Of a DNA stretch of 64,000 nt, positions 1-13,900 are shown piece by piece; positions within the stretch are counted from its first letter, which is position 1, and the number at the start of each line of letters is the position of its first letter. The stretch comes from Nitrospirota bacterium (GTDB lineage Bacteria > Nitrospirota > UBA9217). The translations under genes were made by a program, and so were the position numbers. The notes below the pieces were generated by a model, which made no database searches, was not told where the DNA came from, and saw only the letters and a list, made by a program, of their open reading frames with translations. The stretch spans positions 96,001 to 160,000 of the forward strand of contig CAVTRN010000002.1 in assembly GCA_963737155.1 (NCBI GenBank). The letters are read 5' to 3'.

Positions 1-1397
<1,397 letters not shown>

Positions 1398-1600
1398 GCA
1401 CTGCAGCTTTCAGCTCATAAGGCACAAAGGAGGTGATATCCCTTCGGATAAGCATTTAACAACATGATTTTCTATCACTATCTTAAACGCCATGCATAGT
1501 CATAGCATGACGTACCGGAAGATCATTAGCTCCGGTCCATAAGCCATTACGAGTACCCGATTTGATTATCCCGGGGACCGAACAGAAAGGAGTGGAGAAG

Positions 1601-1867
1601 ATGAGCACTACGATCAAACCGTTGAAAGAGAGAGTGTTTGTAAGCTACACGGAAGAGCTGGAAAAGACAGCGGGAGGCCTGTATATTCCCGATACAGCCA
1701 AAGAAAAGCCGCAAAGCGGCAAGGTTGAGGCTATCGGTGAAGAGGTAAAGTCTCTGAAGGTTGGAGACAAGATCCTGTTCGACAAGTATTCCGGGTCAAA
1801 GATCAAACTCGACAATGTTGATTACCTTATAGTAAAAGAAGAGGACGTGTTGGGTGTCCTGAGCTGA
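1601..1867 (+). CDS. groES: Co-chaperonin GroES
   Basis: IKPLKERV...KTAGGLYIPDTAKEKPQ.G.V...KYSG...EEDVLG. ATG at 1601 has a purine-rich RBS. Confidence 0.97.
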   Translation: MSTTIKPLKERVFVSYTEELEKTAGGLYIPDTAKEKPQSGKVEAIGEEVKSLKVGDKILFDKYSGSKIKLDNVDYLIVKEEDVLGVLS

Positions 1868-1906
1868 ACGCGGCTACCCTGGCGCTCGCAATATAGTATT
1901 TGTTAA

Positions 1907-2897
<991 letters not shown>

Positions 2898-2901
<4 letters not shown>

Positions 2902-3257
2902 AATCCACCTCCTGACGAAAAACGCTGTATCCAGTCTTCCATACGTCTCTCCGACAATTTTATGTCCTTCTCTTTAATTTGCTGCGATTTTTTTGAAAAG
3001 GCGTGGAGCAAAACAATCTGATCGTGCATGTGAAAGAAATAAAGAACTCGGTATTGATTAGAGCTGTAATGAATCCTCAGCTCTCTGATTTTCCCTCGAA
3101 CGACATCCGCATAGGGCCGCTTAAGATTCGGCCCTTCTTCCTCCAAGAGCGACAGATATGCAGCTACCTTAGCACGCGACTTCTTGTCCAGTTCATTAAG
3201 GAATTCATCGATGGGCGAATCGCCTCTCTCTGTTGTATACAAAACAAGACTATACAA
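2898..3257 (-). CDS. RelE/ParE-fold toxin (HigB/Gp49-like)
   Basis: GP.L.RPY...IRELR...YRVLYF...IVLLHAF.KK motif; toxin-first operon order. Confidence 0.88.
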
Positions 3258-3279
3258 GTATGCCCCCGTATCTCACTTC

Positions 3280-3308
3280 TTTATACATCATATTTGATGT
3301 ATTGTCAA
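3280..3308 (-). promoter_or_regulatory. Sigma70 promoter of the higBA-like operon with an overlapping palindromic operator
   Basis: Minus strand TTGACA-17-TATAAA; the palindrome ATACATCA-tatt-TGATGTAT covers the spacer. Confidence 0.7.
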
Positions 3309-5629
3309 ACAGCCTTATTCTCCATCGACTCCAGGTATTTATCTATGTCTGCTGCGCCAGATAAAAGAAATTGGAAAAAACTAACATTCTTTAGCCGCAA
3401 AGTTTCACAGATACTCAACAGGACAAGATATTCCTGGATACCTTTTACAATTGCATGACCGCCGGTCACGCGCCTCAGAAATACGAAGCGTTTAACGGCA
3501 TGTTCCGCGTTGTTGTTCCATGGAACGTTATCATAGTCAAGAAAAGTGAACAACTTATCTTTATATTTCATGAATCTTTTTTGAAATCCCATTGCAAATT
3601 CGGATGAGTAGGCTATTGGCTCTATTTTGTCAAAGAACCGTTGAACTTCCACCTTATGTTTATTAAGGTGCCGTTTTTTAAGCCAAATTTATCAATCGTA
3701 TCAATTATCGGTACTAATAACATTGTAAATTCTCTGCCCAAACATTTCATCTCGACATCAAAAGGATTTCTCGATATATCTTCATTCCAAGCAGTTAGCG
3801 TTTGACCATATCTCTCAGGTGGCAATTTAATATAGGCTCTTGATGACGACACCCTTCCACACCATTTTAAAAACAAATCTTGTTGATGTATATTTTATAA
3901 CCCACCTTTTGATACCTCCAGAAATAATTTTCAAATCGTATAGCAATTTTGACGTTTGGCCATAACGGGATAGCTGCGTCGCATGACAGTGTGGACACGT
4001 TCTTAGCGGTCGAAATTTAATATCTTTGTTTACTTTGTATGAGATGTGTTGACGTCGTCGTAATTTATTTAATCTCTTTTTTGCAACAGTATTTTCGCGC
4101 AGGTATACCTTCTCTCCTTGATAATCAAAGTATGCGCAACGATTAATTTTTTCAAGTTCTGGAAAGCAGAAGTCATTACGACTGAAAAATCCATAGGGTT
4201 TTTCTCTCTTAGGCTGATAAGTATGCATTGTATGGTACTTAGTTGCGTTGCTATCTTTGGAGATAATCGACAAAGAGTGCACAACTGCTTGTAAAGCCAT
4301 GCAATCTTCGCTGTTGTAAACTATAAGTTTTTGTTTAAAGCTAGCATTTCCTGTTGCTTCCCACTGTTTTCGCCGTAGAACGCTCGTGATACCTGCTGCA
4401 TCTGGCTCTGACCATTTGAATTCCAAGAAAGATGCAATACTTTTCAGATCATTAGAATACGTCGGGAAATAGATGCGGCCATATAATGCGGACAACACAT
4501 TGAAGGAGCGCGATCTTATCTTTTCAAGCAACTCCGTATTGCCACCGTTTTTCGATCCCATCTGCTTTATAAAATTAGTCTCATAACTCTCATAATGAAA
4601 CAATGCATAGTCAGGGATATCTTTCATTACTTCAAGAAAAGACTTCCATATCTTCGTTTCTTCGGACTTATCGTTTGCCCAAAATGAATGTTTAGTAACA
4701 CTAGTCCCATCATCGATAATGAGACCGATGAGATAATAGATGTTCTCATCAGGGATACCTTCAACGTCAAGATATACGCGTGTTAGTTCAGAAGGCAACT
4801 CTGGTTTACCAGCGATATAAACTGTCTGCGTTCGAATTGCCAGGGCATTAAGTGAATGATGATGCTTGACTATCTTTTGTGCAATCAGTTTTTTAGCTCG
4901 TCTCGGACGGAACGTATACGAGTACTGTGTAACAGTAAATATTCCTCCTTTATTCAAAGCATCTATATCTTTCCAACTTAGCCCTTTGAGAAGACTGAGA
5001 TCGTCCTTTTGTTTCGCTGTTGCCATGCAGCCAGCTAAAAATTCGCAAATTTTACAATGAGCATTCAGCCTCAATGGTGATACCGATTGTGTTTCCATCA
5101 TCCTGAGTAATTCTTTTTCTATCTTGCCTGCGGCAATGATCAACTTTGGGTGTTGGACTCTTGATAACCTGAATTTATATCCAAAAATGAACTTACCGAT
5201 AGTCGGCTCAACCTTCTGTTCGCAACTTAAGGCCAAGCCGCAGAATGCCAATAAAAGTTTGTGTTGTTATCTTTTGATGAGGTAAATAGATGATCGGATA
5301 ATAGGCTGGTTTTAGGGAAGAGGACGGGGATGCTAATTCGATTGCACCTAGAATGAGCTTATACCTATTATTGATTATCGCAACATCAGTAGCAACGGCT
5401 GGCCTTTGTCTCTGGATGTCTTTGAATGTGGTTGTTGCTTCGTGAAGTGGAATGAATTGATTGCTTTGTCGGAAATAATCCCAAGCATGTCGCCGATAAG
5501 ATGCCTTCTGGTCATCCAGAAGCTTTTCGTAATCGCTCTTAATTCCAGTTTTGCCGGAAAGCTTCAGATATGTTTGTATTTGCACTGAAGATAATTCAGG
5601 AATAGTTTGTCAGATATTGGATGTACCAA
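3305..5629 (-). pseudogene. Decayed RecB/Cas4-like (TM0106-type) nuclease - RNase H-like - IS66 transposase fusion
   Basis: Frameshifted pieces (TTG 5629 MVHPISDKLFLNYLQCKYK; ORFs 5208-5585, 3827-5251, 3622-3876, 3305-3652) are colinear with the intact gene at 29649-32444: HCKICEF...C, GIFTVTQYSY.FRPRR, LDVEGIPD, YNSEDC, VPWNNNAEHA. The HADET/SDFY DDE segment is deleted. Confidence 0.85.
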
Positions 5630-5864
5630 TGCTGCCTCCTTTGCTCCATCGGGTCTAAAAAATTATCATGAGCCAAGGATAACATTCATCCCCGCAGTTG
5701 TAGAGCGGAAGGCATTCTTTGATGGTTCATGGCTTGAAAAAGTCTACGATTCATATTATATCAATAAATATGAGCATTAATTATGTCATGATAATCGCCT
5801 TGCAGATTCAAGATCATGCTGATGTAATCGAAGTGAGATTTATTGGATGATGTTAACAAAATCG

Positions 5865-5917
5865 GACTGTAACTTTATGAGTTTAGAGAGATGGAAACTA
5901 TAACAACTTCAGGAAGC
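5865..5917 (+). repeat. CACCTAC-family repeat, distal left arm only (no core)
   Basis: GTAACTTTAT...ATGGAAACT...CAGGAAG matches the distal left arm of the copies at 18.6, 33.9, 40.9 and 45.1 kb. Confidence 0.55.
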
Positions 5918-6046
5918 ATTAAGCTATAAATATTATATCTTTCGTCATGCGATTTTCATGCCGTATTTAGCAAGAGTCCAGAGTGAACGGCTGATTTGAT
6001 ACAGCGTACCGTACTTTCTGTAAAGCACTGCGACGGACTGCGTACA

Positions 6047-6613
6047 TTATTTCATTACAAACAGGGTAAAGGTCTGGTCAGGCAGAAAGTCGAAGGATGC
6101 TTCTGTGATGTAGCTAGCCTTTTCCATCTCCCGTATGATAACTTCAGGGATCGTATGATGGCCAAGGAGGGAGACAAAACCAAAGCCCTTTTTCTTATGT
6201 TCGATGATCGCAACTTTGCCACCCGGCTTGAGATGTCTTTTGAGCTTGGCGAAAAAGTCAGCCGGCTCTAGCAGATGGTGAAACACGTTCCTAGCGAAGA
6301 CTAGGTCGAGGCCTGCTTCAGGCAAGTCTATTTTACCGTCGGCAGCGAGTATGAACGTGATGTTGCCAAGACCCGTATGCTCAGCTTGACGCCTGATGAA
6401 ATCCAGGTACTTCTTTTTGATGTCAACAGCGTAGACCTGTCCGGTCTTTGCTGCTCGAGTTGCAAAGGCAAGCGTGAAATATCCTCCCCCTGACCCGATG
6501 TCTGCAATCGCCTGCCCGTTCCGGATATGAAGTTGTTCGAGAATTTCCTCTGGTCTGCTTCTGGGAGAGGATGCCTCCCGGTTCAGCATTTTCAAAAAGA
6601 ACGACGTAAACAT
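6047..6613 (-). CDS. Class I SAM-dependent methyltransferase
   Basis: IADIGSGGGYF motif I, VYAVDI, LKPGGKV. ATG at 6613 preferred over 6667. Confidence 0.88.
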   Translation of the reverse strand: MFTSFFLKMLNREASSPRSRPEEILEQLHIRNGQAIADIGSGGGYFTLAFATRAAKTGQVYAVDIKKKYLDFIRRQAEHTGLGNITFILAADGKIDLPEAGLDLVFARNVFHHLLEPADFFAKLKRHLKPGGKVAIIEHKKKGFGFVSLLGHHTIPEVIIREMEKASYITEASFDFLPDQTFTLFVMK

Positions 6614-6746
6614 TGCACAGCTCCTCACGATGCGGCTTAACTTATGATGCCGTCTGCCCTGGCTCATGACTTGCAGATTCTAGAGTGAAATAAGCGCTAA
6701 ATGTTTCGACTAATAATTCTTACTACCACAATATCTGGCGTTCATC

Positions 6747-6785
6747 GTCTTCACCTACAATCATGTATCAGCATTGACAATATTT
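6747..6785 (+). repeat. CACCTAC-family repeat (core 6752-6758 plus right arm)
   Basis: GTCTTCACCTAC-AATCA-TGTATCAGCATTGAC. Confidence 0.65.
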
Positions 6786-6937
6786 CAATGAAGGATACTG
6801 GCTGAAAAATACATAAGTAAAAGAATTGGCCGTAGTAATTATTTATCTAGGGTTTGTTGAGCACTTTGGGCTGCGGCGTCAGCGTATCGGGAAACAGCCC
6901 GAGGATGTCCAAAGAGAACAACGGGTCGTCTCTGCGC

Positions 6938-7684
6938 TTATGCAAGCCGCTCCAGAAGCCAGTTGGAGACCCGCCGGTAATCATGGGCCCCGTTCGAGCT
7001 CGACCAATACATCACCGCCGGCAGTCCGCTGCTTGGTGCTTCGGCGAGCGCCACGTTCTCGCGAACCGCAGGTCCGATGATGCCGCCTGGCACAAGGTTT
7101 CCCATCATTGCAAGAAACTCTTCGTGGATCCGCCGCCGTGCCTGGGCCCTGCATGGAATAATACCGAGGATGGCGAGAGCCGGATTCTGCGCTCTGAATG
7201 CATTCACGGTTTGGATCATCTGGTTCAATCCCTGATATGAGAGAAAGTTGGCCTCCACGGGGATGACGACATGGGAACTGACCTGTAAGGCATTCATAGT
7301 GAGCACACTAACACTGGGAGGACAGTCGATAATGATGAAGTCCCAGTCTCCGTTCGTGCACGCAAGGCACTGCATCAGAAGCTTGCTTCCGATGGATCCG
7401 GAAAATCTCTGCGTCGCTTCTGCAAGCACATGTCCTGACGGAACGAGATCCACACCCGGTGTCTTGGTTGGTAGAATGGGCAGGGCGCTCGTGGTCTGTA
7501 AGGCCTGGAGAAGAGCGCTGCCGTCGTCAGCTATTCCCAGGGATATGCTCGCGTTACCCTGGGGGTCGAAATCAATGATGAGCACTTTCTTTCCTATCTC
7601 CCCCCAGCATGCCGCAATGTTCACTGCCGAGGTGGTTTTCCCAACGCCGCCTTTGTGATTCATAATTGAGACAACTTGCTTCAT
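6938..7684 (-). CDS. ParA/Soj family ATPase with no adjacent parB
   Basis: Deviant Walker A KGGVGKTT, DFDPQGN, IIDCPPS. Confidence 0.92.
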   Translation of the reverse strand: MKQVVSIMNHKGGVGKTTSAVNIAACWGEIGKKVLIIDFDPQGNASISLGIADDGSALLQALQTTSALPILPTKTPGVDLVPSGHVLAEATQRFSGSIGSKLLMQCLACTNGDWDFIIIDCPPSVSVLTMNALQVSSHVVIPVEANFLSYQGLNQMIQTVNAFRAQNPALAILGIIPCRAQARRRIHEEFLAMMGNLVPGGIIGPAVRENVALAEAPSSGLPAVMYWSSSNGAHDYRRVSNWLLERLA

Positions 7685-7935
7685 ACACCCTCCGTAATAA
7701 AAGTCACCGAATGAACTAAAGATCCATCTTGCGGGCTGAATGCTCTTCCTATGTTCGCTTTTTCCAGCCTCCTAACTGAACGTCAAAATTTTCTCTAGAT
7801 ATACCGTTAACCATCATTGTGATCAATCCTTGTGAACATGAGAGAACGGCAAAAACATCGTTCTGAGAGGGTCGAGTTCCACCGTTAAAAGTGTGAAGTC
7901 CGCCATTTAGAATAATACTTGTCGTATTTAGAACG

Positions 7936-7964
7936 ACTATATGCCTGATATAAAGAGATGTCAA
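7936..7964 (-). promoter_or_regulatory. Sigma70-like promoter upstream of parA
   Basis: TTGACA-17-TATAGT; related sequence at 40748-40776. Confidence 0.6.
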
Positions 7965-8065
7965 CTATATGGGTGTGCGATCCCCGCGAAGGGGTATTTT
8001 CGGGGTGGCCGCTAAGAGTTTCCCGTAATTCTTCATCTATTCTATAGAACATGAAGTGCTAGATA

Positions 8066-8128
8066 CACCTATAGCTTGCACCGGCGTTGACTAAAAATAA
8101 ATGCAGATTACCACATGTAACTTACACC
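8066..8128 (+). repeat. CACCTAC-family repeat, degenerate core plus right arm
   Basis: CACCTA-TAGCTTGCACCGGCGTTGAC (compare 25018, 29474) and ACCACATGTAACTTACACC, identical at 25769-25787. Confidence 0.6.
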
Positions 8129-8411
8129 ATAGCAAGATCGACGAAACTGCTCGATCTTCACCGTGGGATGACGAGATAATCGGTGTGGATCATCCCGTCC
8201 AACGACTCCGGCGCAGAAGAAAACAACCTGTACTCATGCGGTTTTCTGAACAGTAAAAAATAGCATAATAAAAGTGATAACAAGACTCCAAATTGAAAGT
8301 ATTTTTAGGGTATTCGGATTTTGCGGTTGATTTTGTCTAAAGCTCGCCCTGTTCTTCGGGTTTAGTAGCTATCCAAAATGTCAGGCGCTCCTTTGATTGT
8401 TTATGAAATTA

Positions 8412-8801
8412 TTATGGCTCTTTTACATTGCATTTACTGAGCCCTTTGGCTTTACGAACGAATTTGTGGTCAAAGGTTAAAAAGGATTTACATGGTTGGC
8501 TGGAAGCCAGATGAAGGGCATCGGCGAAGTCCAGTCCGTTAGAGTACCACATGAGCGCCTCTTGGATACGGTGAGGATTCGAAAGGATAACATTAGGTAG
8601 GCCGCATAAATTAGAAAGAGCAGCATGTATCTCAACGACTCCGAAACCGTAAGCATATCGTAGGACCCATTCAGATTCCAAAATAACCGTTTCGGGAATA
8701 AACACTTCGAACTTTTTGAATACTGCGCTGGCCTTCTCGGCTTGGCTAAAATCATCCCCGGTCAATAACCGGACAATGATGTTGGTATCAACGCTGATCA
8801 T
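8412..8801 (-). CDS. vapC: VapC PIN-domain toxin
   Basis: SVDTNIIVR...E...DFADALH...TFD PIN motif. Confidence 0.92.
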   Translation of the reverse strand: MISVDTNIIVRLLTGDDFSQAEKASAVFKKFEVFIPETVILESEWVLRYAYGFGVVEIHAALSNLCGLPNVILSNPHRIQEALMWYSNGLDFADALHLASSQPCKSFLTFDHKFVRKAKGLSKCNVKEP

Positions 8802-9052
8802 GATTTACGCTCCCGAGCCCCTTTCTGGATAGATTCTTCCATTTCCTCAATGGTTTTAGCCTTACCAGAATAAGAAAGGCACGAAGCTACATCTTTTAAC
8901 ACGGTCTTCGTGAAAGGGGATATGGGCCTAAGGAGGATGCCATCCTCCGTTTCAATGGCCAGCAAATCCTGTCCAGTCTCCCAGTGATGGCGACTCCGGA
9001 TTTCCTTCGGTATGATAACTTGGCCCTTGCTTGAAAGTTTTGTCGTCAGCAT
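8798..9052 (-). CDS. AbrB/MazE/SpoVT-family antitoxin (VapB)
   Basis: TKLSSKGQVIIPKEIR AbrB motif; 4-bp overlap with vapC. Confidence 0.9.
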   Translation of the reverse strand: MLTTKLSSKGQVIIPKEIRSRHHWETGQDLLAIETEDGILLRPISPFTKTVLKDVASCLSYSGKAKTIEEMEESIQKGARERKS

Positions 9053-9089
9053 AATATGTCTCCAGATTAAGTAAGATAATTGTAAGACA

Positions 9090-9118
9090 ATGCTACTTCT
9101 TTACCGGTAATTTGTCAA
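9090..9118 (-). promoter_or_regulatory. Sigma70 promoter of vapBC
   Basis: TTGACA-17-TAGCAT about 40 bp upstream of the antitoxin ATG. Confidence 0.6.
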
Positions 9119-9552
9119 GACATCATGATTAAAAATAAACCGCAGAATCCGGATACCTTATTTTATTATATAAATTAGGAGGATTATCCTGTTTGTTGGG
9201 CAATTATTGGGGGAAAATTTCAACACCTTAAGCTACCGGCTTGGAGGAAGGCCCGGTTATTGAGGCCACTTAGAAATCAACCGGAGTAAGAAAAAAATGT
9301 ACAGAGCTACAAAATCCGAAAATCAACCGGCAGTTCAAATATCTACGGTATTCGGATTATCGTGTTATCAACTGCAAAATCCGGATACCCTATTTTTATA
9401 CTGTGTGCTCTTTATTGTATCGGGCCTCTTTTAAATCGCGCCGACGTTGGCGTTCTGCTAGATGAGCTTGCCGGCTAGGCCCAGCAAAGCCGCCTGCACC
9501 TTGTAAAATCAAATCGTCTAACACTTCGTCTGATATATTATTATAATTAATT

Positions 9553-9864
9553 TCAGGCATTTCTCTCTTCCTCAACATCGTAGCATTCCGCTATCTCTGG
9601 CTCTTCCCAGGTCTCTACCGGATCCACGGCCTGGAACGCGTCAGAATCATTTCCAACCTTCCAGCGGGTGATCTCAACCCGCGGCCCTTTTGATTTTATC
9701 CTCTTGCTCATTTTATCTGGATTCTCTACTACAGCCTGGCCGCTGTCAACTTCATGGTGAATATTCTTTTCGGTCACACGCAACAACGTCTTCTTTAATG
9801 TCATGCCCTGTTTCCGAGGTGTTTTTATTTTCTTGAGAGGTAGAGTGCGGCTGGACTTTTTCAT
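9553..9864 (-). pseudogene. Chimeric ORF containing a MazE-like antitoxin C-terminal remnant
   Basis: TLKKTLLRVTEKNIHHEVDSGQAV resembles the MazE C-terminal tail; the rest is unrecognised. Confidence 0.35.
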
Positions 9865-10065
9865 AAGTTAATGATAGCACGGGGGTCTATAACGGGCAAG
9901 GGAAAGGCAAAGGGGTTGATGTGACCCTTGCATATTCCAATGGGATTGAACACTCATTCTGATCGTGTTCTGACGGCAATTCCGATCTACTTCGGACATT
10001 CAATACGAATTGCGGTAGTACATACTTCAATCCGAATATTTGCATAGTTCCGCAGTGGTTTAAAA

Positions 10066-10120
10066 GCTTGGCTTCACCTACAATCATTGAATGTCAACAT
10101 TGTGACAAGGGTGAAGATTG
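10066..10120 (+). repeat. CACCTAC-family repeat (core 10075-10081 plus right arm)
   Basis: CTTGGCTTCACCTACAATCATTGAATGTCAACATTGTGACAAGGGTGAAGA is nearly identical to 18709-18759. Confidence 0.8.
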
Positions 10121-10224
10121 TCAGATTGTAACTCACATTAGCAAGGGGACTTAACTTGTAACTTTTACGGCTTTCAGCATACTTCCAAAACGCGGATAAT
10201 ACTGCAAAGGCAAATATCGTCTGT

Positions 10225-10806
10225 CTACTGAACAGTAAAGGTTGCAGATTTCATAAGATTGCCTTTGTCGTCCAAGACATAAACCCTCCACTCGCCCTTC
10301 ATACCGTTGATCTTCTTGCTGACCCATGTCCGGAACCTCGGATAAGGCTTGATGGCAAGAGGTATTTTGTCCATCTCGTTTTGGCCGAGCATCCACACTA
10401 CGTAAACGGTGGTTTCCGTTTTTACATATTTAAACTCAAGATAGCAATACACCTTCTCCTGATTAGCTGGATACATCGTTCCTATGTCTAGCGGTGTCCG
10501 ATCCATCACGCCAGCGCCGATTTCCATCCGCAAAATTGTGAGGTTCCGAGCAGGAGCCGGGGCATGGGCGGTCCCTGTAGTCGTCCTGATCGGCACTACC
10601 GTCGACCGCGGAGCAGGAGCCGGGGCATGGGCAGTCCCTGTAGTCGTCGTGATCGGCACTACCGTCGACCGCAGAGCAGAAGCCGGGGCACTGGCAGTCC
10701 CTGTAGTCGTCGTGGTCGGCACTACCGTCGCACGACGTACTGGTGAGACCGTTACACATGCTGAAAAAAGCATTAGAACAATGCCAAGGACTATGGGTTT
10801 TCCCAT
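10225..10806 (-). CDS. Lipoprotein with Thr/Pro-rich linker and C-terminal DUF2914-like domain
   Basis: Lipobox-like FSAC; C-terminal VYCY...V.VVW...FRTWVSK...GEWRV.VLD. Confidence 0.7.
   Translation of the reverse strand: MGKPIVLGIVLMLFSACVTVSPVRRATVVPTTTTTGTASAPASALRSTVVPITTTTGTAHAPAPAPRSTVVPIRTTTGTAHAPAPARNLTILRMEIGAGVMDRTPLDIGTMYPANQEKVYCYLEFKYVKTETTVYVVWMLGQNEMDKIPLAIKPYPRFRTWVSKKINGMKGEWRVYVLDDKGNLMKSATFTVQ
10548..10730. repeat. Three tandem 63-bp coding repeats (21-aa Thr/Pro/Ala unit)
   Basis: Units start at 10548, 10611 and 10674; protein unit STVVPITTTTGTAHAPAPAPR. Confidence 0.9.
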
Positions 10807-10994
10807 AATATCACCTCATCTAAATCTACTCTGAATTGGTTGTATTCAAATTAAGCCACATGAGCACTTACATTTCCCTAAAACCAAGCCGTAGACATGC
10901 CATCTCCAATAATTTAGTGCTGTATAACGAGGACTGCTAGAGGGTAACGAAGACATTGACATAATGCCTTCCGGTTATTCACTCAGTCCTTGCA

Positions 10995-13900
10995 TTAGAC
11001 TCCCAGAGTGAAATACACTGTCGCCCCTTTTCCGACTTCCCCCTCCGCCCAGACCGCACCACCATGACGGCGGATGATGCGTTCGACGATGGCAAGACCG
11101 ATTCCTGTACCCTCAAACTCCTTCTCCGTATGAAGTCGCTGGAACGGGAGGAACACTTTGTTCGCGTACGTCATATCAAACCCGGCGCCATTGTCCCTGA
11201 TGTAATAGACTGTATTCCCATCCTTTTCAAAGGCACTGAATTCAATGCGGGCATTCGTTGTTTTTGAAGTGAACTTCCAGGCGTTTTCAAGCAGGTTCGC
11301 AAGCGCAATTTTGAACAGGTTCGGGTCCACATAGGCGCGCAAGCCTTCAGTGAGCGCTACTTCTACACTTCTTTTGGAATCTGCCTCGCGAAGGCCGATC
11401 TCAATCGAGGCAACCAACTTGCTGAGGTCATAGTCCATCCGGTCGATATTCTGCTTTGATATACTCGAAAGGCGCAGCATGTCATCGATGAGGCCGGTCA
11501 TTTTCTCTGCGGCGTTTGTTATGCGCGTCAAATAATCTTTCGGCTGGTCTTCCAGCTTGCTGCCGTAATCTTCGATAAGGATTTTGGAGAAACCGGCCAT
11601 GATGCGGAGGGGGGCCCGCAGATCATGAGAAACCGAATAGATGAAGGCCTCCATCTCTTTGTTCGCGGCTTCCAGCTCCAGGTTTCTTGTCGCCATGTCT
11701 TCGGAGAGTTTCAGCACGGCCACCTCCGCCTTCTTGCGCTCGGTTACATCTTCAAAGATCGCAGCGAAGTATCCATTTATCGGGCTGTAGGCCGATACGG
11801 AATACCATTTACCTAGGGGCTCCGCAAATTGCTGGAATCTAACCTCCTGCCCGCTGAGCGCCACCCTCCCATAGGTTCCGATCCAGTCTGCCGGGTCGTT
11901 CTCAATGCCGGGAAGCGCATCTCGCACGCCTTTGCCAATGATGTCGGTTCTCTTAAGACCAGTCTGTTTCTCAAAAGCTTCGTTTACCTCAAGGAAAACG
12001 TAATCCACGGGTTTGCCGTTTTTATCGGCAACGATTCTATGATAGGCAAAACCATTGATCATGTTTTCAAAGAGGGAGTGGTATTTGGCCTCGTTTGCTC
12101 TAAGCGCCTCCTCGGCCCGTTTGCGCTCGGTGATGTCCGTATTCGTGCCGAACCACCGGAGGATTTTCCCTGCAGAATCCTGCAACGGCATCACGCGCGT
12201 CAGGAAGGGGCGAAATACCCCGTCGGTTCCACGCAGCGGGAATTCCATGTCAAACGGCTCGCCGGTGGCGATGGATGCCTTCCATCGCTCAAGAACTTTC
12301 GGCAGCACCTCGGGATCGTGGACTGATTGCCAGCCCCAGCCCTCCATCTGTGCGGGCGTCTTTCCCGTGTATTCATACCAGCGCCGGTTATACCACGTGA
12401 TATAACCGTCCGCGTTTGCCCACCACGCAAGGTTAGGGATGGAATTGGCCAGGGTGCGGAACTGTTCCTCGTTCTCTCGCAACGCCTCGTCAGCCTTGAA
12501 CTTCGCAAGGGCCACGGCCAAATAGTCGGAAAGCCGCTCCCATTGGTTTATCGAGTTTTCAGTGAAGCGCCCCTTTCTACGGTCGTTCAACTGGAGGAGT
12601 CCAAGTCGCTCCCGGCCGAGCATCAAGCTGATCAGGGCCACCGACTCGTAGCCTTCTCCGTTACAGCGGTTTCGCGTGCGGGCCTGTCGGTCAACATCAG
12701 TTGTTGCCGCGAGGAGGTCCGTCGTGCAGTTGGACCAGAAACTGCCTCTCCGCGTGAAAAAAGGTTTTGACGGGTCGAACCTTCCGCAGATCACGTTGCC
12801 GCACATGCAGGCGAGCACGGGATTGCCGACGCTGTCTAGGATAGGTTTTCCTTCCTTGTCGCAGTTGCACAAGCTGCTTTCCAGTTGAACGAACTCCTTT
12901 GAAAATCCGCGTGTCTCGAAATAGGGGTAATCGTGCCCTTCATGAAGCCGTATCCCAACTGCTTCGCAGCCCGAGCGCTCCTGGAAGAAGTCCGTAACTA
13001 AATGGATCAATGTTTTGGTGTCCTTGCTTTCGTTCACGAGCCTCAGGAATTTGACTGTCATTTCCCGCTCTTCATCCGCCTTCTTGCGTTCGGTGATGTC
13101 TACTAGGACGTGGACCGCGCCGCGCGGGCGACCCAGATCATCGAGCAGGGGCGTGCCGTAACCCAACACGTGGCGGGTTGCGCCGTCGTCGAAGACAAGG
13201 CTGAACTCAAAATCCCGCACGTGTTCGCCACGGGCGGCACGCTGCGCGGGGAGTTCGTCAAGCCTCAGCTCACGCCCATCCTTGACCGCCTTGAAATGTC
13301 GTGGCTTGACCGCAGGGGGCGCCGATAACGAGATCTCGACGCCGTGTGGATGCTGCAGCAGTTCATTCGCCGCGGGGTTGCCCGTCATGTGAGTGGAGTC
13401 AGGGTCATGGACGATGATAACAGGGACTGGCGCGGCTTCGAGCGTGGCGGCCAACTCCTCCGCCCGATTCCGTTCGCGGCGCTCGCTATCCCGCAGTGCT
13501 TCCTCCGCCTGCGAATGCTCGATCAGGTCTGCGGCCTGCCGTGCCAGCAGGTCGATTCCCCAAAGATCGAGCTTATCGGGGGAATAGGGAACGCCGCATT
13601 GAGTGGTCAGAATACCCAGCAGCGCGCCTGAGCGGCTTATCAGGGGCGTGGATTGCACCGCTCGCACACCGGCGTCGCGCAGCACAACAAGCGAAGGCGT
13701 CCCGGCAAACAGGTCATCCGTCTCTACATCCGGGACGATGACGCGCTTCGCGCACTTCATCGCCGCTCCGCAGACAGACGCTTTATTTTCTGCATGTGCG
13801 AAGTAATCCAGAAAGGGTTGTCGATGGCCATGATGCGCAACGATCCGCAACGAATCGCCTTCAACTAATTGCAGCGTGCCGCGGTCGGCCCTCATAATGG

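Larger units (their letters stand above)
8307..9392. mobile_element. Inverted-repeat-bounded segment carrying vapBC (MITE/non-autonomous transposon-like)
   Basis: AGGGTATTCGGATTTTGCGGTTGATTTT at 8307-8334 has inverted copies at 9132-9158 and 9367-9392. Confidence 0.55.
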
